NCBI GenBank assembly: GCA_964199315.1
Contig: OZ116702.1
Location: forward strand, 20,894,001-20,958,000
Direction: 5' to 3'
Length of the DNA stretch: 64,000 bases
Source: Orbicella franksi
Lineage: Eukaryota
A program made the translations under genes and the position numbers. The notes under the pieces are model-generated. The model ran no database searches. It saw only the letters and a list, made by a program, of their open reading frames with translations, and was not told where the DNA came from. Below, piece by piece: positions 13,503-26,200 of this stretch (position 1 is its first letter; each line of letters opens with the position of its first letter).

Positions 13503-14415
13503 GTCTCCACCGCGCCTCAAAGGAGATATCAAAAGGCTCACACAAAAACTAGGAACACCATCGAGAGGGCCTTTGGCCTATGGAAGTCCAGATTTCGATG
13601 CCTCGATGTATCTGGTGGGGCATTGAAATTTAATCCCAATCGTTGTTGCACTATCATTGCAGCAACTGGTGTGCTGCACAATATGTGCATATATGACAAG
13701 ACAGCACACCCTGATTATGTAGAGCAACCCCCTCGTGAACCAGACTTGGTGATTGAGGTATCAGCTCACCTTCATAATAATGCTGGTGTATTGGTGAGAG
13801 ATCGCCTTATAAATAATGTGTTTACTTAACTTTACTTTGCCAAACATTTTCAGTTGGAAGGTGTAAAAGCAAGAACATCCAAGTTACTTTTTGCACCAGG
13901 ATAGATTTCTGCAAATTGTTGCTAGATTATAGTTCATACGGTCAATATATATATCAAATTTAACTCTCTAAACGAAAGGCGAAGAAACAAAATAACAACA
14001 ATAAAGTCTGGGGTAAACGGGAAAGGGCTCGGAAGTGATTCCTTCCATTTAATAGAAATTTTCCAAACTGGAAAAGGTAAATGTACAAGGAATATAACAA
14101 CAAATAATTAGGGAGGGGAAGGGGGGGGGGGGAGCGAAGCTACGTTGTGCACAAGCACATGGCGAATGAAGTACGTAGAGCGCATGTCAGATAAAACTAG
14201 TACCAGTCCTCTCCCCCTTCCTCCAGAGTTAAATACAAATAAATGTTATTATTTTAGACTTAACTCTCTAAACGAAAGGCGAAGAAACAAAATAACAACA
14301 ATAAAGTCTGGGGTAAACGGGAAAGGGCTCGGAAGTGATCCCTTCCATTTAATAGAAATTTTCCCTAGGGAGGAACGACCTCACCCCAGACGAAAAACAG
14401 AGCAAGGAAGAAAAT

Positions 14416-15405
14416 CTAAACAAACGAAGCCAGCTGACTAACAGCTTGCATTCTGTCTTTAACTGGGATGTGAATATAAGATCTATAAGCATCTGACTGC
14501 CAGTCTCCTAAGCGTTTGATAAGTTCTGCTGGGATTTGAGCTTGAAAGGCCAGAGTGGCCCCGCCTGATCGAAAACTATGTCCGCTAAATTTAGATGGAT
14601 CCAAGTTCATCGTGGTTGCCAATAATTTAAGTAGGGAGTTAAACTTTCCATACGTCAGAGGGACCAGACCTCCCTTGGTTGAAGCTGGGATGACAAAGGC
14701 TGGGCCTGATAAGGAGGCTGGTACTAAGCTGAAAGCATGCATGAGAGCTGTATAAGGGCAGAGTGGGTGCTGGGCAATGCGTGGTAAAGTTATAGTCAGT
14801 ATGCGCTGACTAAATTGGATTGTTTTTGACCATCTGTTGACAATGATGGCCCAGTCTGTAAAGAAGAAGATGTCCCCTCGACGCAGATGCTTTGATGGGT
14901 TGAAATGTGTTAATCCTCTGCATAGCAAGTTAGCTTTATGTAGGAGGCCGAAGAAAGCTACCAGACAGACTGCCCAAAATGTTGCATGCAAAGGATCATC
15001 TAAGTTTAAGTGATTCTTGAAGGCTAACAGGATCTGAGACGTAATTGGCTTCTTTTGGGATACTAATAAACCTTTTATACGTTTAATTCCCCGAAGTATA
15101 GTTGCCAGCTGAAAATTGTTTTTGGTTGGGTCTGCAAGTCCATGTTCAAGATGAAGGATGCGAACTGCATTCAAATAGACTGGGATGGAGGATGCTGAAA
15201 GTGATCTTGCTAGGAAGGCTGTGTAGCGGTTAAGGGTTGATACTGATGCTGGGATAGGCTGGTAACCGTAGTATACACAAAAGGAGAGGTATGAGCGCAT
15301 TTGACTCGTATAGGTGGACTTGGTAGTAGGGGCACATGCTTGACGCCGGAAATTGATGACTTCGCGGTCAAGTTGCTGCTGATCCTTTGTATCTAAGGAG
15401 TGCAA
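14416..15405 (-). CDS. Ngaro ORF3 tyrosine recombinase (329 aa); first catalytic Arg apparently mutated to His
   Basis: GHSFRSGGAT and GDWQSDAYRSY are present. The RKxN motif reads FFGLLHKANL. Confidence 0.88.
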   Translation of the reverse strand: MHSLDTKDQQQLDREVINFRRQACAPTTKSTYTSQMRSYLSFCVYYGYQPIPASVSTLNRYTAFLARSLSASSIPVYLNAVRILHLEHGLADPTKNNFQLATILRGIKRIKGLLVSQKKPITSQILLAFKNHLNLDDPLHATFWAVCLVAFFGLLHKANLLCRGLTHFNPSKHLRRGDIFFFTDWAIIVNRWSKTIQFSQRILTITLPRIAQHPLCPYTALMHAFSLVPASLSGPAFVIPASTKGGLVPLTYGKFNSLLKLLATTMNLDPSKFSGHSFRSGGATLAFQAQIPAELIKRLGDWQSDAYRSYIHIPVKDRMQAVSQLASFV

Positions 15406-17238
15406 GAGACAATGAAGACATGTGAGATTCTAAATCATATGATACAGGGGATTCGGAGAGCCATGCCTGGAATGTTGGCCAGTAGTGTACATTGTCAAGG
15501 CGTGAAACACTATCTGCTAGGCTATTGGTTGTTCTTGGAATGTGTTTGACTAACAGGCTGAAATTGTAATACTCCTTAAGCCAAAACAGCGAACGAATCC
15601 AGTCCATTATTACTGGGCAACAGGTTGAACCTTTGTTTAAGATAGCTGCAGCCACCTGGCTGTCCGACTTGACGACCACTTGATAACCTGACCAAAAGGG
15701 TGCCCAACGATGGGCTGCCAAAATGATTGTGAATGTCTCCTTGTAATTGATGTGCAGAGAGCGGAGAGCTGGATAGTCTAAGGCCCAGTTAACATAGAGC
15801 CAGTCAGTTTCCCATACGCACCCCCCACCAGACAGGGAAGCATCCGTAAGCACTGCTGTAGGGAGTTCTGGGGTTGCTGAGGGGAACAATGTTTTACAGT
15901 TGTGTGCAGGTAAGAGGGAGGTCCACCACAGGAGGTCAGCTTTGGCGCATAGGTTTAAATAAACACGGTGGTGCGGGCGTTTGCCAAGGTCATAAGACGC
16001 CTGAGAAACGTGCGGCCCCCTCGAACAACACGTGCTGCCCAATTGAGCTTGCCAATGAGTCGTTGGAGGTGAAGCTTGGAGCATTTACGTTTTGAACTGG
16101 TTTCCTTGAGAACGAATAACAACTCAGATACACGATCCTCTGGGAGGCGGAGTTCACACTTGACAGTGTCAATTTCAACTCCCAGAAAAACCAGACATTG
16201 GGCTGGGAAGACAACTTTTGTCCAGTTGACAGTGAAGCCAAGAGACTCTAGTAAGTTTAGTAGAATGTCAAAAGCTGCTTTGCACTGAAGCTGAGTTGGT
16301 TCAATGATGAGGAAGTCGTCCAGGTACGCCAACACAGTATACCCTCTTCGGGCCATCATTCGACAGACTGATTGTGTAAGGCGATGAAAAATCATTGGAG
16401 AGGCCCTGGCTCCAAACGGGAGTCGCTTATCATAGAGGTAGGTAGAATGTTTAGAGTCCTTGAAACACCAAGACATCCTTGTAACTCGCCAGCTGTCGGG
16501 GTGAGTAACAACACTTCTGTAAGCGTGTTTTAAGTCAACTTTTGCCAACCAACAACCTGGTTGACAGAGGTTTGCTGCATCATCAACAGTAACATACTTG
16601 TAATGTTCTAAATCCATGTATGAGTTGGCATTTGCCATTAACGGTCGGCTGCAATCCATGATCATCCGTAATTCATTCGAGTCCTTTTTAGGTACACCCC
16701 CAAGTGCATTAACGATTATGGGCATGTGGGACTTGTCTGCTACAGCAAAATGGTCTTCTTGAAGACCCTTAACCGGTTGCGCTTCAATTTGATCTTTAGC
16801 TCCAGGTCGTAGAGCAGATTTATTGTTGTGTGTAAAGTCATGTGACACCGTTGAATCAGGAGGGAGTAGCTGAAATCCATTTTTAACACCATCGAGAATA
16901 AATTTCATGTCCGGGTCATTTGATAGTTCTGCTGTCCAGGTCCCAAAAATTAAGTCTGTGGAGACCTTGGCTGCTTGGGGCTGCTGCATAGATTCCAAAA
17001 AGGCCCCTGCTTTAATAGGTAAACTTTCCCCACACTCTGCGGGACAGCATGTCATTAAGGCGGGATCGGTCCCTGCATGTAACAATGTGGTCGAGATATC
17101 TCCTGCTAGTTCTGCCGTTAAAGTACAATTTGGAGAGATCTCTGCAGTTGAGTGTGGGTTCAGTATTGGGGGTCTTGAGCAGTGGCAGACTGGTGTTGCC
17201 ATTGTGGGTGGGTTCCCATACATTGTGGTTTGATGCAA
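15368..17238 (-). pseudogene. Ngaro ORF2 reverse transcriptase/RNase H, frameshifted near 15985
   Basis: AKVDLKHAYR, RLPFG, LAYLDDFL and LIGKLNWAA, then in another frame TDASLSGGG, HINYKE, VKSDSQ and NSLADSVSR. Confidence 0.9.
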
Positions 17239-18284
17239 ACATGATCATATCTACAGGAGCCAAAGCGGCAACCTTCACGCCGTTGGAATTCAAAGCAAAC
17301 CTGCTTCCCTGTTGCTTGGTTTATGACTGGGCGGGACGCTTTGCGAAGAGGTGGGCGTGTGGATGTGCGAGTCGATGGATCTGGTCTGTGAAGCGTTTGA
17401 TGGGATATGAATTGGCTGTCAGATCCCCATTTACAGCTTGTGGCAAATTGCATTTTGCGGTACAAATCATCATACTGCATCACTTTTGGCAAAGGGTAAC
17501 ACTTCGCTAGTTCAGAAATTTTTGAACTGTACACAATATAATCGAGAATTTCCTGGGTGGACGAAAGAAGCCCATTTTTCATGAGAGTATGCATAATGCG
17601 AAAGTTAGCCGCTGACCACTGTGGGAATGAAATTTTGTCAAGGGATAGCTTCTTTTCTTGAGAGGATTTTAACACAATTCTAGCATCACCAGAGGTTCCA
17701 AGCACGGTCTCCTTATCCTCCTGCAGAACGATGGGGAGCGAACTAATGAAATCAGGTATAAGTAAAGGACTTTTACCTCTTGAAATAGTGGGCTCTAACA
17801 GCTGTTGAGCTGGATCCTGCTCCTCTTCAGTTAAACCCAGTAAAACTGGATCTCCCAAAGAGTCCATGAGAGATTTAAGCTCCGATTGAACGGTAGGATC
17901 TTGCTGAAGGCTTTTTAAGGTTGGTTTTGCGATAGGATTATCATTAGGCGTTGTTGTGATCGTCATCGCCATCTTGGGGGCACTGGGCTGCGCTGAATCT
18001 TGCTGCAGCTTCAACAGCTCGAGTTTGGTACGAGTGAGGTCCAATTCTAGCTTCAAGTTCTGGTTTCGAAGATCTTCTACCGCTCTCTCTTGCTCTACAG
18101 TGGACTGCTCTGCTTTAAATTTTGTTGGAGAGAGGTCTTTGATCATGGACTCGACCTGACTCAGTTCACGTTCAACTGCTTCGCTCATCTGTTGCGGTGT
18201 TGATTCTGCTATGAAGCCGTCGATGTCGAAATCTTTCAGTTTAAGCGGAGGTTTTGTTCTCCTGCTGCTCTTTCTAGAAGCCAT
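17160..18284 (-). CDS. Ngaro ORF1 (gag-like, 374 aa) with C-terminal CCCH-type zinc finger
   Basis: First ORF after repeat A1; motif CFEFQRREGCRFGSCRYDHVC. Confidence 0.8.
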   Translation of the reverse strand: MASRKSSRRTKPPLKLKDFDIDGFIAESTPQQMSEAVERELSQVESMIKDLSPTKFKAEQSTVEQERAVEDLRNQNLKLELDLTRTKLELLKLQQDSAQPSAPKMAMTITTTPNDNPIAKPTLKSLQQDPTVQSELKSLMDSLGDPVLLGLTEEEQDPAQQLLEPTISRGKSPLLIPDFISSLPIVLQEDKETVLGTSGDARIVLKSSQEKKLSLDKISFPQWSAANFRIMHTLMKNGLLSSTQEILDYIVYSSKISELAKCYPLPKVMQYDDLYRKMQFATSCKWGSDSQFISHQTLHRPDPSTRTSTRPPLRKASRPVINQATGKQVCFEFQRREGCRFGSCRYDHVCIKPQCMGTHPQWQHQSATAQDPQY

Positions 18285-19510
18285 AGTGTAAACATCGAAA
18301 TACGTATTGTAAAGAAGAACTCTGGAAAGAAACTTGCGTTGAGCGAAGCTACGTTGTGCACAAGCACATGGCGAATGAAGTACGTAGAGCGCATGTCAGA
18401 GAAAACTAGTACCAGTCCTCTCCCCCTTCCTCCAGAGTTAAATACAAATAAATGTTATTATTTTAGACCCTAATAACTGTATGCTAGGAAATTGCTTAAA
18501 TGTGATTGGTCCTCAGTCCACTTCTCCCCTCTCCTCGCCCCTTTGGTAACTATGGACTTTTGATGTTCTTAGCTGAAGCCTTTCAACAAGTTATTAGAGG
18601 TACACGTACAATGAACTTTGTTTACTGATTACTCATGAAGTATTGAGTTATGTTTACTTTTTGGATTGGAATATGGGTTAATGTTGAGTAAATAACACAA
18701 ACATAATGTTGTAAACAAGACAAACATAATGTTATTTGCTTCATGCAAAGTTTAACTGAATATTCTCAGGGTTATGATAACCAAAAAACAGAATTCTGTT
18801 CATGCAAATGACACGACAACATACTCGATCATTATTTTGTTGAACTAATTGTCTATTATTTCAGTCACGTTGGAAATTTTCCTGAGCAAATTACCTTAGA
18901 ACTGAAGCATATTAATTATCGTCAACGTATCTTCAAGACATGAATTCTTCCTCTCCCATAGGGAGATTACTTGGTTGTATTAGTAGTAGAGGTAATATGG
19001 TTTTTGTGGATTTGATGTATAGTCATTTTGAACTTTTGGGAGGCTTTAATTTTTGGCAGATTTATTTGTCCACAACTGGAGTTTGCACTGCAACCCAAAT
19101 GGTAAAAGAAAAGTGTTAGTGTTGGTAATGTCTTTGTGTCATTCTAATGTAGTAGACACCCAAACATAACTAGGTTATGAATTAATAGTTCCACTGTAGG
19201 ATGACTGGGGAATAAATTGATATAAAACATGTCAGGCAAGGGAAGTACCCATTTTGGCTGTCAGCTTCCATTATAAGGATTGTCAAATTATGATGGAACA
19301 TGTTGTGCTTTATGTTGATTTTCCTTGTTGCATATTTTGATAAATGAATACGAGACAAAGGAAAATAAAATCAAAAAGGGAAATTTTGTAACACAATGTG
19401 TAAATTTGTATTGTTGTAAAATTCTATTTTGAAGTTATCTGGCCCAGTGGTATTCAAAGTCACATGTCCAATGAACTTCTCAGAATTCCAGTGTAGGCAT
19501 AGAAGTCTGT

Positions 19511-19995
19511 ATACTATTTAACAATTAGATTATGAGCTCGAGATTTCTATGAGGGATAGTTGGTGAGGCCGAAGGCCGAATCAAATATCAACGCATAGAA
19601 ATCGAGAGCGAATAATCTAATTGTTTTAGTAGAATTCTGACTGAAATTAACGCAAATAACGGTTTCCAATTATTTTTCTCCACATTATTGAACTTCAGGC
19701 TTTCACAAAATCGTCCTTGGTAATTTTGCAGTTGTTTACGCCCGCGCACCCGATTTTTCAATAATTTCAAGTTTTTAAAGTCAAGAAACCATCAATTTCC
19801 TTTTTTCAGTCGTCTCAGGAATTTAATTGTCTATTTACATCTAAACTTTCTTCCAAAACGTCGGAAAAACGATAACAAAGTTGCATTTTGTGGACGATCG
19901 ACAGCTACTGCACTCTAATGGCTGATAGTATACGAGTAACTTAGCCAATCAGATTGCAGCATTTGAATTAGTATACTAGTAGAATTCTACTAATC
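19511..19995. repeat. Dispersed non-coding repeat or MITE, boundaries approximate
   Basis: GC-richer island with palindromic segments (GGCCGAAGGCC, TAGTAGAATTCTACTA) in AT-rich surroundings. Resembles recurrent cnidarian repeats from memory only. Confidence 0.35.
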
Positions 19996-21986
19996 AAAGC
20001 TAGAATTGGTTTTGAGAGGGCTGCCGTAAAGGTCAGTGTTTTGTTTTTTCAAAATGAATATTTCAGCCACAGGAAACACACGTTCCCTCTTCTGATCTTT
20101 AAGGAGGTCAATTTCCAATCGCCCCTTCCTCGTCTTCAGTTTGTAGTATGTGGTAACTGTTTCAAAGTACTAAAAGAAAAATGGTCGTTGTCTTCCTTAG
20201 AATTCAATGAATTATACATCATGATATCCAACTGTTCACTACCTCCTGGGGGATATTGAAGGCACGTTGCTTTTGGTGGACTGTTAAGCCGCCAACCAAT
20301 GAAAATGATATTATTCTAACAATATTCTAATAGCTACATGTATGTAGAAGTAGTATTATAGATAAGGTTCCCATATACAGTAGGGTTACTTAGTTCTGCC
20401 AACAAAAAATGTCATCTCATCTCTTTACGTTAAGTCCTACGTCAATTCCTGAAACACTGGCAGCTAGAAACTATGTACTGTAGCATCGACTCCTTAAGTA
20501 CATAAACTAAATATAAAATTATTAGTTACATTTATATTGGAGACACTCAGGGGTTATGGACTTAACAAGAGAAAAGTTTGAATAAAATTTAACTGCAGTG
20601 TATATAAAATTGTGAACTGTGCACATGTTGCTATTTAGTTACCTAGCATGTCTAATAAGTCACTTCAGTTCCATTTATTTGTTTGGGCTTTTTTGTTAAT
20701 TTGCAGACAGTAATAATAATATGGCCCGATGATTCAATAATTTTGAAAATATAAATTGTATGGTTAGAAGTATCTTACTTCGAGCTGGGCTTGTGCGAGT
20801 GTTTTTGGTGCAGGCCTTTTCCTTGTTTGGCCCAGCTGATGGTCTACCTGTGCACTGTTTTCAGAACCCTACAAGATTGAATCAAATTAGCTCTATTAGT
20901 GGTACAGTGTTTTTAGATTCCTGCAAGGTTGAATCATATTAGCTCTATTAGGAGCTGTTGTTGTCATAGACTTCATTACAATGATCATCAACACAAGTTA
21001 TGACTGTCATCCAGTACAGTTGGTTAATCCTGGATGACCATAGGTAATACTGTAATTACACTTGCCAGTGTCACTGCTTCTACACTAGCATCCTCCTCCT
21101 TTGCCCCTTCCCCCTTCCTTGAGTAATGAATGGTTTTGGAATGATTTTGATGGTAGTACAAAAATTTTTGTATGGTATGCTCATGTGAGCAATTTGGCTG
21201 CCAAGTGTTGTTTAAATACAATCAGAGACATATTACCTTGATTGTAACATCAGCAGTGCATATATTCTCAGCTGCCAGACTGACGTCTGTAAAAAGTCAT
21301 GATAAATAACAAATGTCATAATAATTATTGGAACATTCTCACAATCAACAGATATTTTAAAGCATCTGTTGTGGTATCTAATTCTGTCTTTGGGTAAAAT
21401 GTTTTGAAACAGTTTAATTTTTATTTCTCACTTCAGATTATGAGTACATAGCAATCAAAAATCCCAGTGCTTTGAAAAAACGTACACCAAAAATAAGTGT
21501 GAAACACAACATATACATCATGAAGAAGATGAGGCTGAGAATTTAACTTCACGTTCTATCATATTTCAATATTTGAAGTATGGTACAAATTTAATGTCAT
21601 ACAGAGACAAAATACATGTTTTAAATTGTAGTGTTCAACCTAGGTTTTAGATCTTCCTTGTTTTGACAGTTGTCCATTGTCAGACAAACAACTTGGCAAT
21701 TAACAATAATAAATTAGTGTACCTGTATATCAGCTTCCATGCTACCCTCAGTTCTGTTTCCTTTGCTTGTCTACCTTTTATTTGGAGCAAAGTAAAGCAA
21801 ATAAAGTGAACAAATAAGGGAAACAAATGGTATTCTATAGGGTCACACAGCATTGTGCAGTTGCAAAAAAAATAAATATTTTGATACCTCTACACTCTTA
21901 TTTACTGGTATTGTCAGAGCAGGAAAAAAAAATTGGAAATCCAGTTAGCCAGTACATTTTAGGCACACAATGTTCATGCCTTATAA

Positions 21987-22263
21987 CAGGGTTCAGAACC
22001 TCTTTCAGAAACAAATTTCCAGGACTTTTCCAGGAGTCAGAGTGATTTTTCCAGGACTCTAAAATTCACATTAACCCTTTCACTACCAAGATCTCATTGT
22101 TAATTCTCCTTACTGTCTGCCATACATTTCATTTTATTACTTGAGTTTAACAGATTTCCAGAACTTTCCAAGACCAGTAGCCTTTTCCAGGACTTTCCAG
22201 TCCTGGAAAATGCCACAATAAAATCCAGGACTTTCCAGATTTTTAGGACCTGTATGAACCCTG
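21987..22263. mobile_element. MITE with CAGGGTTC...GAACCCTG termini and internal TTTCCAGGAC repeats
   Basis: 8-bp terminal inverted repeats; several TTCCAGGA copies; no ORF. Confidence 0.55.
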
Positions 22264-22548
22264 ATATCAAATACATGCAATTTTGAACTCAGCTGTTCAG
22301 CCTTCTGTTTGTTTGATTCACGTCGCTCCTCTGGCTCTTTACTTGAATTGGCAATGACAAAAAGAAATGCAGAATGTTTACGTTTTTCGTTCTAATTTTG
22401 AATCTCCCACATGCAGACTTCTGCTGTAAGCAACACCCAATATGGCCACCAGTATGGCAATCAGAGGACAAACGCGAGCAAAGTATGCTTAGATTTTTTA
22501 TCACATACGGGGCAAAATTAATGAATGCTGATTGGCTGAGACAGAGGG

Positions 22549-22582
<34 letters not shown>

Positions 22583-23299
22583 CTCAAGTGGGCATGATTG
22601 CTTGATGCTGATTGGCTGAGCACACGTGCATTAAGCTGGTTTCCCACTTCAAACGGATCATTTCATCTTAACATGAAAGAAGATTGACATGCAGCAAAGC
22701 GCAGTTTTTTTGCACCCTCGATTTGTAGCGAAAGAATGCCATTTTTCTTAGCGGGATTTTTAAAGAAAAACGATATCCGAGGTTGATCTAATGTTTTTAG
22801 GATAGGGTTGCACCGAAGCGGCCGGGCGAATTTTGAAGTTTTCTCTGAGTTAACACGTAAGTCGCTTTGTGGAGGTTGCTGTAAGTTGTAAACAAATTAA
22901 GTTTTCTGTCGATTTTCGTCGTCAACTTGAGCTTATAACCTCACGTCCAAAAATAAGCTTAACCAAAACCGTATTTGCAAATCCGACCGGGCGAGTTTTG
23001 AAGTTTTCTCTGAGTTAGTTGCACAGCCGCTTCGTAGAGTGCTAAAATTTCTTCTTCTGTTGTTGAAAACCAAGAAAGGTCTACAAACCTTTTCAAGCCG
23101 AAGCGAACAGGATTTGCTCAATTTACTTTCGTTCCTATGTGAATATTTGCATATTGTGATTACAAAGTATGGAGATTTCCTCGTTTTGTTAGTTCAATTT
23201 ATTCGGTTTGGTGTAATGCTTGGGCGAATTCCCTGGTTAATTTGGTTGAAGACTGGTAAAGCTACCGCCAATAAAATGACTGCAAAGCTAAATTAAGCC

Positions 23300-26200
23300 G
23301 TCGGCAAAAATACAGACTGTCAGTAATATTCAAATTTAAGCGTGAATAATTATTTAACCGTAACACTGCAAGCTTAAATCATACCGATTCTTCGGGGAAT
23401 ACCAGGTGGTCATGGCGGTCAGTGTTTTTCTCTGTATCTACATCACTTTTGAGAGTTAGAGGTCCTCATATTTACGGGAGAGCACTTTGCTTAACGATAG
23501 GAAGATATATTTTGCTTCCCAGATGAATTGCAGGACTGAAGTCGCAGGTGCTTCATTTCATCGAAACGAACCGACCCGAAGGCAAGAGTCCAATGGACGG
23601 CTGAAGAGTGTAATGCTCTGTAAACGTTTTCATCGTGCCTGTTTCGCCCTTGCTCCTATTGCTCTTGCTGGTGACATTCAGATTAATACCGGCTACCAGA
23701 CATTTGGTTATATCAAGTCTACTAGAGGTCTCAAGATTGCTCATCTGAATATACGAAGTCTCGCTAATAAAACCGATTCTCTACGTCTTGAGGGAATTAC
23801 CAACAAAACTTTTGACGTGCTAACTTTGTCCGAGACTTGGCTAGATTCCTCTACAAGCGATGCAGAAATAAAACTCCCTGGATTTGTGTGCATAAGGCAA
23901 GATCGCACTGGCAATAAAGAAGGTTATGGCGGAGTTGCTATGTATATTAGAGAAGATTTGGCGTTTCGTTTGCGGAGCGATATCAATACTGGTGGTCAGG
24001 AATGTTTATGGATTGAGTTAATTCGAGTTAAATGCAAACCAACGCTATTGTGTTGCGCCTATAGAGCACCAGATGCCGATTTCCAAACTTTTATTTCGTC
24101 TCTGCGAGATAGAATGCCTGCCGTTGATCTTGAAAAATCGGATGTGGTCATTTTAGGAGATCTAAATGCAAACATGATGCCAAATTCAAAATTGCCTAAG
24201 AAAGATAAACAAGAACTTCTCAACTTCTCGCGCGCTTTTGATTTGACTCAACTAATAAAAGAGCCTACTCGTATCTGACACCTCGCGGGACCTGATTGAC
24301 TTGATCTTCATCAATAATGAACATCGCATTGTTAAATCTGGTGTTATTCCGTTTCCGTTGAGTGACCATTACCTGGTGTTTTGCATTTTGAAGGCCGGTG
24401 TTCACACTAAAGCTCAACCAAGAATGTTTGAGTATCGCTCTTACAAGAACTTCGACGCGACTTCATTTAATGAAGATCTTGGGAATATTCCTTGGCACGT
24501 CGTTGAGAATGAAAACAATATTGATGACGCCTTACTGACTTGGAACAAATTGTTTTCAGAAGTTGCAGACGATCATGCACCTGTCAAAAGACGACGTGTG
24601 AAGGGAACACCACTTCCTTGGTTGAATAGGAAAATAAATGAATCAATGAGAGAGCGAGACTGGTCTCATCGAAAAGCGCGGAAATCTAACTCAGTCAAAC
24701 ACTGGAACACTTACAGGAAACTGAGGAAGAAGGTAAGCCGCTTAGCAAAATCTGCCAAGACGAAATATTACTGTGATATGATTGAGGAAGCCAAAGGGGA
24801 TCACCAAAAAATGTGGAAAGCTGTAAACGAAGTTTGCAATCGTAATTCAACCTCAGAAAATGTTCAATGTATCATCTCCGATAGCATCCAGCACACCACG
24901 CCCAAATCCATCGCTTCTGCTTTTAATAGCTTCTTTGCGTCTATAGGCAGGCGCTTGGCTGACAAAATAAGGACAATCTGGCCGAACCGCACCCTAGTCT
25001 TAGAGCAACAGCTATCTCAGCTCCAGTTAACTGAGTTAGAGGAATCGTTTGTGCTTCAACAGCTTACCACTTTGAAGGCAAACAAAGCAATCGGTTTGGA
25101 CAAAATCAGTGCGAGACTGCTGAAGAGCTCTGCTAATACGATCACACCATCTGTCACTGAGCTGTTGAATCTATCGATTCGTACTGGTAAATTTCCTAAA
25201 TTGTGGAAGTGCTCCAAAATTACAGCTTTCTTTAAATCGAGCGACCGGACAAATGCGTCGAACTATCGACCTATCTCTATTTTACATACACTCAGTAAAA
25301 TTCTTGAGAAAGCCGTGCATTCACAGCTGTACCAGTACTTGGTTACGAACAATCTACTCACAAGGAAACAGTTTGGATTCAGGAAGGGGTTTCCTACTCT
25401 ATCTGCTTTGACTTCATTTGCCGATGAAGTCTTATTGAATATGGAACTAGGTAAACTATGCGGGGCCGTGTTTTTGGATTTAACCAAGGCCTTCGACACA
25501 GTGGACCACGAGATTCTGTTACGTAAGCTTTCAGAGATAGGTTTATGTGAGAATTCGCTTCAGTGGTTTCGCTCTCACATCACTGACAGGAAACAGCGCA
25601 CATGTTATGGGAATGAGTTGTCTGATGAGTTACCAGTCACCCACGGGGTTCCTCAGGGAAGTATCTTGGGTCCCCTGCTATTTGTCATCTACATCAACGA
25701 TTTGCCAAGCGTTCTAGATGCCTGTCAAGCGTCACTCTATGCAGACGATACGGTGATCTACTACTATGGGTCTTCCTCCCAGGAGCTGACTGACAAGCTC
25801 AATTAAGACCTCCTGGCGGTGGCGAAATGGCTGAACGAACATAAATTAACACTGAATCTGGACAAAACCAAATGTATGCTCATAGGCAGTAACAGGAAAC
25901 TAGAGAGCAAAGTTGCCCTAACTGTGTCAATTTTTGATCATTGTTTGAACGATGTTACTTGTTTTAAATATCTTGGAATTTTAATATCGTCTGATTTTAC
26001 CTGGACAAATCATGTCGAATATATGGCAGGGAAAATTAACCAAAGGCTTGGCCTACTTAGGCGCATTAAGCATTTATTACCGTTGAGGGCGCGTATTCTT
26101 TATTACGAAAGTCTTGTTATGCCCTTATTCGAGTACGCAGATCTAGTTTGGGGTGACAACCATAACGTAACTTTAACGTCTAGCTTACAAGTTTTGCAAA

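Larger units (their letters stand above)
7556..13829 (+). pseudogene. PIF/Harbinger (HARBI1-like) DDE transposase, spliced, degenerate and split by the Gypsy insertion at 8585-13502
   Basis: Exons read VLIALRYYASGSFQ..GVSKASSSR, MPRVIGAVDGSLIPIRAP..KGFHAIN..WQGSVQDS and, after the LTR element, RRYQKAHTKTRNTIERAFGLWKSRFRCLD. The GDSGY segment is lost by a frameshifting deletion. Confidence 0.9.
13960..18468 (-). mobile_element. Ngaro-type (DIRS order) tyrosine-recombinase retrotransposon with split direct repeats A1-ORFs-B1-A2-B2
   Basis: A repeats at 18341-18468 and 14132-14259 (128 bp, 1 mismatch). B repeats at 14260-14364 and 13960-14064 (105 bp, 1 mismatch). Encodes gag, RT/RNase H and YR with no methyltransferase domain. 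Confidence 0.93.
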
